DNA of 64,000 bases. Source: an uncultured Gammaproteobacteria bacterium (GTDB lineage Bacteria; Pseudomonadota; Gammaproteobacteria; Steroidobacterales; Steroidobacteraceae). The DNA lies in the NCBI GenBank assembly GCA_963836275.1, contig CAWIIM010000003.1, forward strand, positions 66,065 to 130,064, in the 5' to 3' direction. The notes below the pieces were generated by a model. It ran no database searches and had not been told where the DNA came from. It saw only the letters and a program-made list of their open reading frames with translations. This document shows, piece by piece, positions 1 through 20,366 of the stretch. How positions within the stretch are numbered: the first letter of the stretch is position 1; each line of letters starts with the position of its first letter. A program made the position numbers and the translations under genes.

Positions 1-2799
<2,799 letters not shown>

Positions 2800-2854
2800 C
2801 GGGACAGCCTGTTAGAATAGCCCGCCCGTTCCGGGCACCGCAAAGGGATTTCCA

Positions 2855-4030
2855 GTGGCCCAGCCATCGGCCGCGGCACTCCTGCCGGCCGAGCGCCGCG
2901 TCGTCGCGGCGCTCGCTGCGATCTACGCCGTACGGCTCCTCGGCCTGTTCCTGCTGCTGCCCGTGCTTGCCCTGTACGCAGGCGCACTGCCGGGCGGTAC
3001 GCCGCTGCTCGCGGGCATTGCCGTAGGGGCATACGGGCTGACGCAGGCCCTGATGCAGATTCCCTTCGGCGTGTGGTCTGATCGAATCGGGCGCAAGCCG
3101 CTTATCGTCGTCGGACTGCTCCTGCACGTCGCCGGATCCGCCCTCGGCGCGGCCGCTGGCAGCGCGACGTCCCTCGTTCTGGCCCGGGTGGTGCAGGGCC
3201 TCGGTGCAGTCTCGGGCCCCGTCACGGCCTTCCTCGCGGACCTGACGCGGCCGCAGTCGCGCACGCGGGCGATGTTCGCGATCGGCATGAGCATCGGCGT
3301 TTCGTTCGTGCTCTCGCTGGTCGCAGGACCCCTGATCGCGGCGGCAATCGGCGTTTCCGGAGTCTTCCTGCTGATCGGCGTGCTCGGCCTGCTTGCGCTC
3401 GCACTCGTCATATTCGTGTTGCCGGCGGAGCGGCCGGCGCGCCGGCTGGTCCGCGCGCGCGGATTCGCCGACGTGCTGACCGCCAGGCTCCTGCCGCACT
3501 TCGCCGGCATCTTCATGCTGCACCTGACGCTGACCGCCACATTCATCGCGGTGCCGCACGTCCTGCGCGACGTGCACGGGATCGAGGTGTCGCGCCATTG
3601 GCTGGTGTATCTCTCGGTGTTTGCCGCCTCGGTCGCGCTCACCGTTCCGCTCGTGGTCTGGTCGGAGCGCCACAAGCGCCCGGGACGCGCGGCCCTCGTC
3701 GGCGGCGCCGCGTTGGCTGCAGCGCTCGCGGCCCTGGTTTGGGCATACGCGCACTTCGACGCGTTGCTGGCGGCGCTCGTGCTCTATTTCGGCGCCTTCA
3801 ACTTCCTCGAGGCGCGGCTTCCCGCGGCGCTCACCGAGGCGGCCGGGGAGGCCTCGCGCGGCGCTGCGCTCGGCGTCTTCGCGACCTGCCAGTTCGCCGG
3901 TGCTTTCGCGGGCGGCGTGCTGGGCGGGGCTGCGCTCGGAAGCCACTGGCAGCTGACGGGAATATTCGCGGTCGCGGCCGTTGCCGTGGCGGGCTGGCTG
4001 CCATTCGCGACGGCGACCGAAACCCGCTGA
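2855..4030 (+). CDS. MFS transporter (12-TM type)
   Basis: 391 aa, hydrophobic throughout, with the MFS loop motif [11 protein letters not shown] after TM2. GTG start. An extended -10-like TGTTAGAAT lies at about 2811-2819. Confidence 0.8.
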   Translation: MAQPSAAALLPAERRVVAALAAIYAVRLLGLFLLLPVLALYAGALPGGTPLLAGIAVGAYGLTQALMQIPFGVWSDRIGRKPLIVVGLLLHVAGSALGAAAGSATSLVLARVVQGLGAVSGPVTAFLADLTRPQSRTRAMFAIGMSIGVSFVLSLVAGPLIAAAIGVSGVFLLIGVLGLLALALVIFVLPAERPARRLVRARGFADVLTARLLPHFAGIFMLHLTLTATFIAVPHVLRDVHGIEVSRHWLVYLSVFAASVALTVPLVVWSERHKRPGRAALVGGAALAAALAALVWAYAHFDALLAALVLYFGAFNFLEARLPAALTEAAGEASRGAALGVFATCQFAGAFAGGVLGGAALGSHWQLTGIFAVAAVAVAGWLPFATATETR

Positions 4031-4104
4031 ACCGGGCAATTTGGCGGTGGGCGGGGAGCCGCCACGCGACTACAATACAGCGCGACAACCAGCGGGGAAC
4101 GGCC

Positions 4105-4563
4105 ATGGCACGCGGCGTCAACAAAGTCATCCTGATCGGCAACCTCGGGCAGGACCCGCAGTCCCGCGCCATGCCCTCTGGCAAGGCCGTCGTGAACCTG
4201 CGTGTCGCGACCTCGGACCAGTGGCGGGACAAGCAGACCGGCGAGAACAAGGAAGCCACGGAGTGGCACAACGTCGTGATGTTCGACCGGCTTGCGGAGA
4301 TCGCCGCCGAGTACCTGCGCAAGGGTTCGCAGATCTACGTCGAGGGCCGCATCCGCACGCGCAAGTGGCAGGACAAGGAAGGCAACGACCGCTACACCAC
4401 CGAGATCGTCGCCAACGAGATGAACATGCTCGGTGGCCGGGGCGGCGGCGATCGCGGCATGGGCAGCGCGCCCGACCGCTCGCGCGAGCGCAGCGAGGCG
4501 CCTGCGGCGCGCGCCGAGGCCGCGGGCGTCGCTGAATCCTTCGACGACGACATCCCCTTCTAA
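4105..4563 (+). CDS. ssb: Single-stranded DNA-binding protein
   Basis: 152 aa, [19 protein letters not shown]...[10 protein letters not shown]...[16 protein letters not shown], then a Gly-rich linker and the acidic tail FDDDIPF. The internal ATG of track ORF 3598..4563 was chosen as the start. Confidence 0.95.
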   Translation: MARGVNKVILIGNLGQDPQSRAMPSGKAVVNLRVATSDQWRDKQTGENKEATEWHNVVMFDRLAEIAAEYLRKGSQIYVEGRIRTRKWQDKEGNDRYTTEIVANEMNMLGGRGGGDRGMGSAPDRSRERSEAPAARAEAAGVAESFDDDIPF

Positions 4564-4584
4564 GGCCCGTCCAGGGGCACGAGC

Positions 4585-4641
4585 GGGACCGTCCCCTTTG
4601 TGACGGGCGTCTGCTGCCCATCACAAAGGCGGACTGTCCCC
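4585..4641. repeat. Degenerate copy of the GGGAC-N-GTCCC palindromic element (imperfect hairpin)
   Basis: GGGACCGTCCCCTTTGTGA (4585-4603) pairs with TCACAAAGGCGGACTGTCCCC (4621-4641), with one bulge and one mismatch. The spacer is 17 nt. It lies directly after the ssb stop. Confidence 0.5.
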
Positions 4642-4789
4642 TCCTGATGCGGGGGTCTCTGCCCCGTTCCCGCCGCTTTATGTGATGTGGTTGGCGTCCT
4701 ACGTCGCTGCATTAAGTCACCATCGAGCCGCTTTTTCGGGTTTCCCGCGCAGATGCCCGGGTTCCCGAGGAAATAAGGAGAGCGGCTCA

Positions 4790-7621
4790 ATGGAGCTGGA
4801 GCGTAACCAGCCGTCCACGAGTGGGCTGCGCGAAGCCTTGTCGCCGTGGCTCGACCACGGGGCGGCCTGGCTCGTGCTGCTTTGCATCGCCATTGCGCTG
4901 GGCGCGACGCTCTCGGCGTTCCTCGGGCTGGCGCAGGGTGGCGGCATGGCCGGTTTCTTCACCCTTTCCGCCGCGACGCTTGCCGCAATGGCCGTCGCGG
5001 CACGCGCATCGACCCTGCCGGAGCTGAACGCGTCGCGCCGCCACGCGTGGCGCTGGCTGGCCCTGGCGCTCGGCCTCGAGATCGCCGCGATGCTTGCGGT
5101 GCCGGCAACGCGCGCATTCCAGTTCGCGCCGCTGCAGGCGGCGGTGAACGTCCTCCAGTTCTCCTTCTTTCCCTGTATCGCGATGGCAGCGACGGATTTC
5201 CTGCTCTCGACGCGGCGCAAGGCCTTCGGTCCGCAGTTCTGGCTGGAGTCGCTGCTGGTCGCGCTGTGCGTAGGCGCAGTGCTGTGGCTCGCGCTGCCGC
5301 ACGACCTGCCGCCGGACGTGCTGCCGACGCGTGCCTCCTGGACTGTCGGTCTCGACGCGGTGCTCGGCGTGCTCGCCGGAATTCTGCTGCTGAGGCGCTC
5401 CGACTGGCAGGACTGGCCGGGCCTTGCAAGCTTCGCGCTCGCGCTCGCGGCCCTGGTCGGTTCGCGGCTGATCGAGGCGCATGCCGCTGCGGTCGGGATT
5501 GCCTCGGCGCGTGCTTTCCCGCTGCACCTGGCCGCGATCGCAGGCTTCGCAGTCGCGGCGCAGCTCGACTACCTCCGCGCGGAGCGGCGCGCGCCGCCGA
5601 TGGACGCGGCGGAGCGCGGTTCGCCGCTGGCGGCGCTCATGCCCTATGCGGCACTGATGCTCGCGGGATATGCGCTGCTGGTCCTGCACGAGGGCGACTT
5701 CCGCGAACCCGCCGGTCTCGTCGCCGCGGTGGTCTGCATCGCCGCAGGCCTGCTTTTCGCGCGCCAGGCCTTTGTGACCGCGATGGCGGTCGCCCTGCAG
5801 ACCGGACTCGCGACCCGGTCGGCCGAGGCGCGCTTCAACGCGCTCATCCGCAATACCGCGGACGTGATCGCGATCGTCACGGCCGAGGGGACGGTCACCT
5901 ACGTCACGCCGACCGCCGAACGCATCTTCGGTTTCCCGGCGCAGGACCTCATCGGCCAGCATCTCGAGGAGCTGGTCGCCTTCGACGACCGGCCGCGGCT
6001 GCGCGAGTTCCTCGCGCATGACCTGTCGCTGGCCGGATTTTCCTCGGTCATGGAGGCGCGCGTTCCGCGCGGCGACGAGCGCCAGCGCGTGGTCGAGATC
6101 CATGGCACCAACATGGAGGCCGAACCCGCCATCGGCGGCCGCTTGCTCAACCTGCGCGACACGACCGACCGCAAGGGCATGGAAGAGCAGCTGAAGCGCA
6201 TGGCGCTGCACGACCCGCTGACGCTGCTCGCCAACCGCTCGCTGTTCCGCGACCGGCTCGAGCATTCCGTGGCGGTGAGCAAGCGCAACGGCCGCGGCGT
6301 CGCGGTGATATTCGTGGACCTCGACAACTTCAAGCAGATCAACGACTCGTTCGGCCACGCGACCGGCGATCGCGTGCTGCACCGGAGCGCGCAGCGCCTG
6401 GTCAAGTCGACCCGCAACGGCGATACCGTCGCGCGCCTGGGCGGCGACGAGTTCGCGGTCCTGCTCGAGAACCTGACCGGACGCGAGCCGGTCGTGGAGA
6501 TCGCGGCGCGCATCGTCGAATCGCTGCAGGAGCCGCTCGACATTCCCGGCGCCAACGCGCGCATTGCCGCGAGCGTCGGCATCGCCTTCTCCGGCGCCGA
6601 AGACGGCGTCGAGGAGCTGATGAGGAACGCGGACGTCGCCATGTATGCCGCCAAGTCGGGCGGCAAGGGCCGTTACGTGGTCTACGAGCCTTCGATGCAG
6701 CACGCCGCGAGCGAACGCCGCGAGATGGAGGCGGACCTCGACCAGGCGCTGCGCGGCAGCCAGTTCCTGCTGCATTACCAGCCGATCGTCGAGCTGCACT
6801 CCGGCTACCTGCTGGGCGTCGAGGCGCTGGTGCGCTGGCAGCACCCGGAACGCGGCCTGGTGCTGCCCGGCGAGTTCATCCCGATCGCGGAAGAAACGGG
6901 CCAGATCGTCCCGCTCGGTCGCTGGGTGCTCGCCCAGGCTTGCCGCGAGGTCAAGGTCTGGCAGGCGCGCCTTCCCGAGGGCCGGCAGGTGCGCGTCGGC
7001 GTCAACGTATCCGCCGCGCAGCTCTCGAAGTCGGACATCTGCGCGGACGTGCGCAAGGCGCTTGCGATTTCCGAGATCGACCCGGGCTGCCTCGTGATCG
7101 AGCTGACCGAGAGCGTGCTGATGCAGAACAGCGAATCGGTGCTGGCGACGTTGCAGGCCCTCAAGAAACTCGGGGTGCGCATCGCGATCGACGACTTCGG
7201 CACCGGCTACTCGTCGCTGTCCTACCTGCACCGCTTCCCGATCGACATCCTGAAGATCGACCGCTCGTTCGTGGAGCGGCTCGGCGGCGTCGAGGGCGGC
7301 GAGGACTTCACGCGCGCGATCATCACGCTCGGCAACACCCTCGATCTCGAGGTGGTTGCCGAGGGCATCGAGCTGGAGCACCAGCAGCGCGGTCTCATCG
7401 AGCTCGGCTGCGTGGCAGGGCAGGGTTACTACTATTCGAAACCGGCGCTGCTGCACGAGCTCGAGTACTCGGTGCACATGGCGCGCCGGCGCACGATGGC
7501 GGACACGCTGCCCCAGGGCGCCAAGATCACGGCGACCGGGCGTTTCGTCATCGGCGACCTCAAGCCCGCCGATTTCGTCTCGACGGGGACTTTCGGCCGC
7601 GAGATGTCACGCAAAAAATAA
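4790..7621 (+). CDS. Multi-TM sensor protein with PAS, GGDEF (diguanylate cyclase) and EAL (phosphodiesterase) domains
   Basis: The ATG at 4790 follows AAGGAG. The N-terminal ~330 aa are hydrophobic. PAS-like segment: FNALIRNTADVIAIV. GGDEF motif: RLGGDEFAVLL. EAL motifs: EALVRWQHPERG, DDFGTGYSSL. Confidence 0.9.
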   Translation: MELERNQPSTSGLREALSPWLDHGAAWLVLLCIAIALGATLSAFLGLAQGGGMAGFFTLSAATLAAMAVAARASTLPELNASRRHAWRWLALALGLEIAAMLAVPATRAFQFAPLQAAVNVLQFSFFPCIAMAATDFLLSTRRKAFGPQFWLESLLVALCVGAVLWLALPHDLPPDVLPTRASWTVGLDAVLGVLAGILLLRRSDWQDWPGLASFALALAALVGSRLIEAHAAAVGIASARAFPLHLAAIAGFAVAAQLDYLRAERRAPPMDAAERGSPLAALMPYAALMLAGYALLVLHEGDFREPAGLVAAVVCIAAGLLFARQAFVTAMAVALQTGLATRSAEARFNALIRNTADVIAIVTAEGTVTYVTPTAERIFGFPAQDLIGQHLEELVAFDDRPRLREFLAHDLSLAGFSSVMEARVPRGDERQRVVEIHGTNMEAEPAIGGRLLNLRDTTDRKGMEEQLKRMALHDPLTLLANRSLFRDRLEHSVAVSKRNGRGVAVIFVDLDNFKQINDSFGHATGDRVLHRSAQRLVKSTRNGDTVARLGGDEFAVLLENLTGREPVVEIAARIVESLQEPLDIPGANARIAASVGIAFSGAEDGVEELMRNADVAMYAAKSGGKGRYVVYEPSMQHAASERREMEADLDQALRGSQFLLHYQPIVELHSGYLLGVEALVRWQHPERGLVLPGEFIPIAEETGQIVPLGRWVLAQACREVKVWQARLPEGRQVRVGVNVSAAQLSKSDICADVRKALAISEIDPGCLVIELTESVLMQNSESVLATLQALKKLGVRIAIDDFGTGYSSLSYLHRFPIDILKIDRSFVERLGGVEGGEDFTRAIITLGNTLDLEVVAEGIELEHQQRGLIELGCVAGQGYYYSKPALLHELEYSVHMARRRTMADTLPQGAKITATGRFVIGDLKPADFVSTGTFGREMSRKK

Positions 7622-7743
7622 TATAAAACAGCGGTTTACGTGGCCCCCGGGTCGCCGTCCTACGCGCATTGCCGCTTCTGCGGCAGGCCCAAACCCGGTA
7701 CCCTAAGCGGCTGTTTTCGCTTTGGGGGCGTTGCATCCTGGAC

Positions 7744-9069
7744 ATGAGCGGCCGGCTCTACATTTCGACATTCGGCTGCCAGATGAACGAATACGATTCG
7801 GCGCGGATGGCCGACGTCCTGCGCGAATCCGACGGCCTCGAGATGACCGCCGACCCGGAGCGGGCGGACGTCGTGCTGCTGAACACCTGCTCGGTGCGCG
7901 AGAAGGCGCAGGAGAAGGTGTTCTCGCATCTCGGCCAGTGGCGGCTCCTGAAGCAACGGAAGCCTGGCCTCGTCATCGGCGTCGGCGGCTGCGTCGCGAG
8001 CCAGGAAGGCGAGGGAATCCTCGAGCGCGCGCCGTTCGTGGACCTCGTGTTCGGGCCGCAGACCATCCATCGCCTGCCGGCGATGATCGCCGCGCTGCGC
8101 ACGACAAACGCGCCGCAGGTGGACGTTTCCTTCCCGGAGATCGAGAAGTTCGATTGCCTGCCGGCGCCCGCCGCCGCCGGAGCGAGCGCATTCGTCTCGA
8201 TCATGGAAGGCTGCAGCCGCTACTGCAGCTTCTGCGTCGTGCCCTATACGCGCGGGGAGGAGATCAGCCGCCCATTCGACCAGGTCGCCGCCGAAGTCGC
8301 GTCCCTGGCCGCCCAGGGCGTGCGCGAAGTGACGCTGCTCGGACAGAACGTGAATGCGTTTCGCGGACCCGCGGCCGACGGGCGGATCGTGGACCTCGCG
8401 GGGCTCATCAGGCACGTAGCGCGGCTCGACGGACTCGAGCGCATCCGTTTCACGACCTCGCACCCGCTCGAGTTTTCGCAGCCGCTGATCGACGCCTACG
8501 CCGACGTGCCGAAGCTCGCCAACTACCTGCACCTTCCGGTTCAGAGCGGCTCGGACCGCATCCTGGCGGCGATGAAGCGCGGCTACACGAGCCTGGAATA
8601 CAGGCACAAGATCAGGAAGCTGCGCGCCGTGCGCCCCGACATCAGCCTCTCCTCCGACTTCATCGTCGGCTTCCCGGGGGAAACCGCGGCCGATTTCCGG
8701 CAGACGCTGGAGCTGATCGCCGAGGTCGGCTTCGACCAGTCCTTCAGCTTCATCTACAGCAAGCGGCCGGGCACGCCCGCGGCCGCACTGCCGGACGAGG
8801 TGCCGCACGAACTGAAGCAGGAGCGGCTCGAGCTGTTGCAGGCCCAGCTCAACGGCCAGGCGCGGCAGATCAGCCGGGCGATGGTCGGCAGTACGCAGCG
8901 CGTGCTGGTCGAGAAGCCGGCGCGGCGCGACCCGCGCCAGCTCGCGGGCCGGACGGAGAACATGCGCTGGGTCAATTTCGACGGCCCGCGGAGCCTCATC
9001 GATTGCTTCGCCGAAGTACGCATCACGGAGGCCATGCCGAATTCGCTGCGCGGCCGGTTGGTCGCTTGA
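7744..9069 (+). CDS. miaB: tRNA-2-methylthio-N6-dimethylallyladenosine synthase
   Basis: [19 protein letters not shown]..., radical-SAM motif [19 protein letters not shown]-like C-terminus. miaB-phoH-ybeY-corC-lnt synteny. Confidence 0.93.
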   Translation: MSGRLYISTFGCQMNEYDSARMADVLRESDGLEMTADPERADVVLLNTCSVREKAQEKVFSHLGQWRLLKQRKPGLVIGVGGCVASQEGEGILERAPFVDLVFGPQTIHRLPAMIAALRTTNAPQVDVSFPEIEKFDCLPAPAAAGASAFVSIMEGCSRYCSFCVVPYTRGEEISRPFDQVAAEVASLAAQGVREVTLLGQNVNAFRGPAADGRIVDLAGLIRHVARLDGLERIRFTTSHPLEFSQPLIDAYADVPKLANYLHLPVQSGSDRILAAMKRGYTSLEYRHKIRKLRAVRPDISLSSDFIVGFPGETAADFRQTLELIAEVGFDQSFSFIYSKRPGTPAAALPDEVPHELKQERLELLQAQLNGQARQISRAMVGSTQRVLVEKPARRDPRQLAGRTENMRWVNFDGPRSLIDCFAEVRITEAMPNSLRGRLVA

Positions 9070-10028
9070 ACGCCGCCCCGGAGTCCAGCGTCGATTTCGG
9101 CGCGGAAGACAATGCGCGCCTCGCCGCGGTCTGCGGGCCGCTCGACGAGAACCTGCACCGGATCGAGAATCGCCTCGGCATCGAGATCCGCCGCCGCTCG
9201 GGGCGCTTTTCCCTGCGCGGCGCGAACGCGGCCGCGGGTGCAGCCGTGTTGCGCCAGCTCTACGAGCGCGCCGGCGTGCAGCCCGTGACGCCCGAGGACG
9301 TGCACCTCGCGATCCAGGAAGGCGGCATGGGCGCGCAGCAGGCCCCCGACGAGGATGCCGTCGAGACGCTGCGCGGGCTGATCCGCGGGCGCGGCGCGAA
9401 CCAGCAGCAATACCTGCAGTCGATCCGCTCCCACGACCTCACCTTCGGCATCGGTCCGGCCGGCACCGGAAAGACCTACCTCGCCGTCGCCTGCGCGGTC
9501 GAGGCGATGCAGCGCGAGAAGGTCCGCCGGCTCGTACTCGTGCGCCCGGCGGTGGAGGCGGGCGAGCGGCTCGGCTTCCTGCCGGGCGACCTGTCCCAGA
9601 AGGTGGACCCCTACCTGCGGCCTATGTACGACGCGCTGTACGAGATGATCGGCTTTGACCGCGTCGCGCGGCTCATCGAACGCGCGATCATCGAGATCGC
9701 GCCGCTCGCCTTCATGCGCGGGCGCACGCTGAACGAGGCCTTCATCATCCTCGACGAGGCGCAGAACACGACCGTCGAGCAGATCAAGATGTTCCTGACC
9801 CGCATCGGATTCGGCTCGCGCGCGGTCGTCACCGGCGACATCACGCAGACCGACTTGCCGGCGCACCGCCAGTCGGGCCTCCGCCACGCGCTCGAGGTGC
9901 TCGACGGCGTGAAAGGCATCGCCGTCACGCGTTTTACGGCGAAGGACGTGGTCCGTCATCCGCTGGTGCAGAGGATCGTCGAGGCCTACGAGCGCGATTC
10001 CGGTCAGGGCGGCGGGAGCCGGGCATGA
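9066..10028 (+). CDS. ybeZ: PhoH-like ATPase (YbeZ)
   Basis: Walker [35 protein letters not shown]. The start is assumed to be the TTG at 9066 overlapping the miaB stop. The exact start is uncertain. Confidence 0.85.
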   Translation: MNAAPESSVDFGAEDNARLAAVCGPLDENLHRIENRLGIEIRRRSGRFSLRGANAAAGAAVLRQLYERAGVQPVTPEDVHLAIQEGGMGAQQAPDEDAVETLRGLIRGRGANQQQYLQSIRSHDLTFGIGPAGTGKTYLAVACAVEAMQREKVRRLVLVRPAVEAGERLGFLPGDLSQKVDPYLRPMYDALYEMIGFDRVARLIERAIIEIAPLAFMRGRTLNEAFIILDEAQNTTVEQIKMFLTRIGFGSRAVVTGDITQTDLPAHRQSGLRHALEVLDGVKGIAVTRFTAKDVVRHPLVQRIVEAYERDSGQGGGSRA

Positions 10029-10465
10029 CGCTCGAGGTCGTGCTGCGCTACCGCACGCGCCGGCCCTGGGCGCCGGGACCCGCGACGCTCCGGCGCTGGG
10101 CACGACTTGCCGCGGGTGGTTGCGGCGGCGAGGTTGGAATCCGCGTGGTGGGCGCCGGCGAGAGCCGCGCGCTGAACGCGCGCTGGCGCGGCCGCGACGG
10201 GCCGACCAACGTGCTGTCCTTTCCGGCATCCCCGGACCTTGCCGGGCGGCAGCTCGGGGACGTCGTCGTCTGCGCGCCGGTCGTCGCGCGCGAGGCGCGC
10301 GAACAGGGCAAGCCGCTTGCCGCGCATTGGGCGCACATGGTCGTCCACGGCACGCTGCACCTGCTCGGGTTCGACCACGCGCGCGCGCGCGACGCGCGGC
10401 GCATGGAAAGCCGCGAGCGCGCGCTCCTCGCACGCATCGGCGTGCCGGATCCCTATGGCGACTGA
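10025..10465 (+). CDS. ybeY: Endoribonuclease YbeY (rRNA maturation)
   Basis: 146 aa with the zinc motif HGTLHLLGFDH. ATGA overlap with the ybeZ stop. Confidence 0.92.
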   Translation: MTLEVVLRYRTRRPWAPGPATLRRWARLAAGGCGGEVGIRVVGAGESRALNARWRGRDGPTNVLSFPASPDLAGRQLGDVVVCAPVVAREAREQGKPLAAHWAHMVVHGTLHLLGFDHARARDARRMESRERALLARIGVPDPYGD

Positions 10466-11318
10466 GCGCAAGGGACGGCGCCGGCGGGGCTGGCTGCAGC
10501 GCCTTACCAGCGAGGGCCCGCGCGACCGCGCGGAGCTGGTCGAGGCAATCCGGGCCGCGGCGCGGGCCGGCGTCATCGACGGCGATGCGCTGCAGATGAT
10601 CCAGGGCGTGCTGCGCGTTGTCGACCGCCACGTGCGCGACATCATGGTGCCGCGTTCGCAGATGGTGGTGCTGGAGCGCGACCTGGGCCCGCAGCAGCTC
10701 CTGCCGGCCGTGATCGAGTCGGGACACTCGCGTTTCCCCGTGATCGGCGACGACCGCGACCAGATCGCCGGCATCCTGCTGGCGAAGGACCTGCTGCGCT
10801 ATTTCGCCGAGGACGAGCAGGGCGGCTGGGACATCCGCGAGGTGCTGCGCCCGGTTTCCTTCGTGCCGGAGAGCAAGCGCCTCAACGTGCTGCTCAAGGA
10901 ATTTCGCGCGAGCCGCAACCACATGGCGATCGTGGTTGACGAGTATGGCGGCGTCTCCGGGCTCGTCACCATCGAGGACGTGATCGAGGAGATCGTCGGC
11001 GAGATCGCCGACGAGTACGACACCGACGAGGACCAGACCGTCCGGCGCGAAGGCGAGCGCCAGTTCGCGGTGCAGGCGCTGACGCGCGTGCAGGAGTTCA
11101 ACGAATACTTCGGCACCCGCTTCAGCGACGAGGACTACGACACGATCGGCGGCCTCGTGATGCACCAGTTCGGACGCCTGCCGCGGCGCGGCGAGGCGGT
11201 GACGATGGAAAGGCTGGAGTTCAAGGTGCTGCGTGCCGACCGCCGGCGCATCGACCAGCTGCGCGTGACGACGCCGGAGCCGCTGCCGGCGCGCCCCGGC
11301 GATCCGGTCGCCGACTGA
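10455..11318 (+). CDS. corC: CBS-domain Mg/Co efflux protein CorC (YbeX)
   Basis: MATERKG...VRDIMVPRSQMVVL..., CBS pair, then the CorC_HlyC C-terminal domain (FEVLRADRRRI). Confidence 0.9.
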   Translation: MATERKGRRRRGWLQRLTSEGPRDRAELVEAIRAAARAGVIDGDALQMIQGVLRVVDRHVRDIMVPRSQMVVLERDLGPQQLLPAVIESGHSRFPVIGDDRDQIAGILLAKDLLRYFAEDEQGGWDIREVLRPVSFVPESKRLNVLLKEFRASRNHMAIVVDEYGGVSGLVTIEDVIEEIVGEIADEYDTDEDQTVRREGERQFAVQALTRVQEFNEYFGTRFSDEDYDTIGGLVMHQFGRLPRRGEAVTMERLEFKVLRADRRRIDQLRVTTPEPLPARPGDPVAD

Positions 11319-15561
<4,243 letters not shown>

Positions 15562-15562
<1 letters not shown>

Positions 15563-16037
15563 TGCGCCGCGCCGCGATCCTCGTCGTCGCCCTGGGGTTC
15601 GCCGCCGGCTGCGGCTTCCACCTGCGCGGCCAGGCGCCGCTGCCGCCGGTGATGGCGGCGCCTTTCGTCGATGCCAGCGACCATTACACCCCGCTGTACG
15701 CGGCGCTCGATGCGCGCCTGCGCGCGGCCGGGGCCAGGCCCGCGCCGAATGCCGCGGCCGCGACCGCCGTGATCCGCCTTTCCGCCGACGACACAGGCCG
15801 CGAACTGCTCTCGGTGACCGCCGACAACAAGCCGGGCGAGTACGAGGTCTACTATTCGGCGGAGTTCTCGGTCTCGAACGGGCCGGCAGTGCTGCTCTCG
15901 CCCAAGCAGGTGAAGCTCACGCGCGAGTACGGCTATGACGAGTCCGCGGTGCTCGCCAAGGAGCACGAGGAAGAGTCGCTGCGGATCGCGCTCGCCGAGG
16001 AAATCGCGGACCAGATCCTGCGGCGCCTGGCGGCCCT

Positions 16038-16041
<4 letters not shown>
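15562..16041 (+). CDS. lptE: LPS-assembly lipoprotein LptE
   Basis: 159 aa with lipobox [13 protein letters not shown], immediately after leuS in the classical leuS-lptE arrangement. Confidence 0.85.
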
Positions 16042-17396
<1,355 letters not shown>

Positions 17397-17397
17397 T

Positions 17398-19071
<1,674 letters not shown>

Positions 19072-19148
19072 GCGGCGCTGACTATCGCACAGCGGCACAT
19101 TAGGTTGCCATTGCGAACAGGAATCATTCGCATTAAGATCTACAGGTT

Positions 19149-20360
19149 TTGCACACGCAGGTCACCTCCGTCGGCGCCGTCGCGCGGATTCTCGCCTGGG
19201 CAGGGCTTGCCGCCCTCACAGCTTGCGTGAACGAAGTGCCGCGCGGGCACTCGCCGCCGGCAGAACCGCCCGCGACGCCCGGTCTCTCGGCCGTCGCGGC
19301 ACTCGGGGAACGGCTTTTTCGCGACGAGTCGCTCTCGGTCTCGGGAAGGCTGGCCTGCCAGACCTGTCACCGGCCGGAATTCGCGCACGCCGCGCCGCCG
19401 GCGGATGTCGTGTCGAAGGGCGGGCCTTTGATGGACGTCCCTGGCATTCGCAACTCGCCCTCGGTCCGCTATGCGAGCTTCACGCCGGCTTTCGGCTTCG
19501 ACGCCGAGGGCACGGCCTTTGGCGGCTTGTTCCGCGACGGCCGGGCTGCATCCCTGGTCGACCAGGCGAAGGTGCCGTTCACGGACCCGCGCGAGATGGC
19601 GAACGCGGCCCCCGCGGACGTGATCTCGCGCCTGCGGCAATCGCCCAATGCCGCGCGCTTTCGCGCCGTATTTGGCGCGGACGCGCTCGATGACGTCGAC
19701 GCAGCTTACGGCCGCCTGGCGGCGGCGATCGCGCTTTACGAAGTAGAGAATCCCGACTTCCACCGCTTCGACAGCAAATACGACGCCTGGCTCGCGGGCA
19801 AGGCCAGACTCGCGCCCGCAGAGCGCCGCGGTCTCGCGTTGTTCGAGGACCCTGAAAAGGGCAATTGCGCGGCCTGCCATCCGAGCAGGCGCGGCCAGGA
19901 CGGCGCGCCGCCGCTTTTCACGGACTACACGTACGACAATGTCGGCGTGCCGCGAAACGCCCGTATCGCGGCGAATGCGAATCCCGCGTTTTTCGATCTC
20001 GGCCTGTGCGGGCCCGAACGCCGCGACCTCGCGGCGCGCGCGGATCTGTGCGGCGCATTCAAGGTGCCGAGCCTGCGCAACGTCGCGCGCACGGCGCCGT
20101 ATTTCCACAATGGCGCCATCGCGAGCCTGCGCGACGCCGTTGCATTTTACGCGCGCCGGGACACCGATCCCGGCGAGTGGTACCCGAAGGGCGCAGCGGG
20201 AATCGCCCGGTTCGACGACCTGCCGGCGGCGTTCGCGGGATCCGTCAACACGAGCGAAATGCCCTATGACCGCAAGCCCGGAGAGCGTCCCGCGCTGGCG
20301 CCCGCGGAGATCGACGACATCGTCGCGTTCCTGCGGACGCTCGACGACGGTTACAATTGA
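19149..20360 (+). CDS. Di-haem cytochrome c peroxidase family lipoprotein (CCP/MauG-like)
   Basis: Lipobox LAALTAC and two CXXCH motifs (CQTCH, CAACH). ...PSLRNVARTAPYFHNG... is typical of the family. The start (TTG at 19149) is uncertain. Confidence 0.8.
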   Translation: MHTQVTSVGAVARILAWAGLAALTACVNEVPRGHSPPAEPPATPGLSAVAALGERLFRDESLSVSGRLACQTCHRPEFAHAAPPADVVSKGGPLMDVPGIRNSPSVRYASFTPAFGFDAEGTAFGGLFRDGRAASLVDQAKVPFTDPREMANAAPADVISRLRQSPNAARFRAVFGADALDDVDAAYGRLAAAIALYEVENPDFHRFDSKYDAWLAGKARLAPAERRGLALFEDPEKGNCAACHPSRRGQDGAPPLFTDYTYDNVGVPRNARIAANANPAFFDLGLCGPERRDLAARADLCGAFKVPSLRNVARTAPYFHNGAIASLRDAVAFYARRDTDPGEWYPKGAAGIARFDDLPAAFAGSVNTSEMPYDRKPGERPALAPAEIDDIVAFLRTLDDGYN

Positions 20361-20366
20361 CGGGCC

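Noticed and set aside
4031-4104. LexA/SOS box between uvrA, the MFS gene and ssb
   Set aside because: There is no CTGT-N8-ACAG or comparable palindrome. Only a TACAAT -10-like hexamer is present (about 4069-4074).
4787-7477. 896-aa minus-strand ORF
   Set aside because: It is antisense to the PAS-GGDEF-EAL gene. Same reasoning as the other high-GC shadow ORFs.
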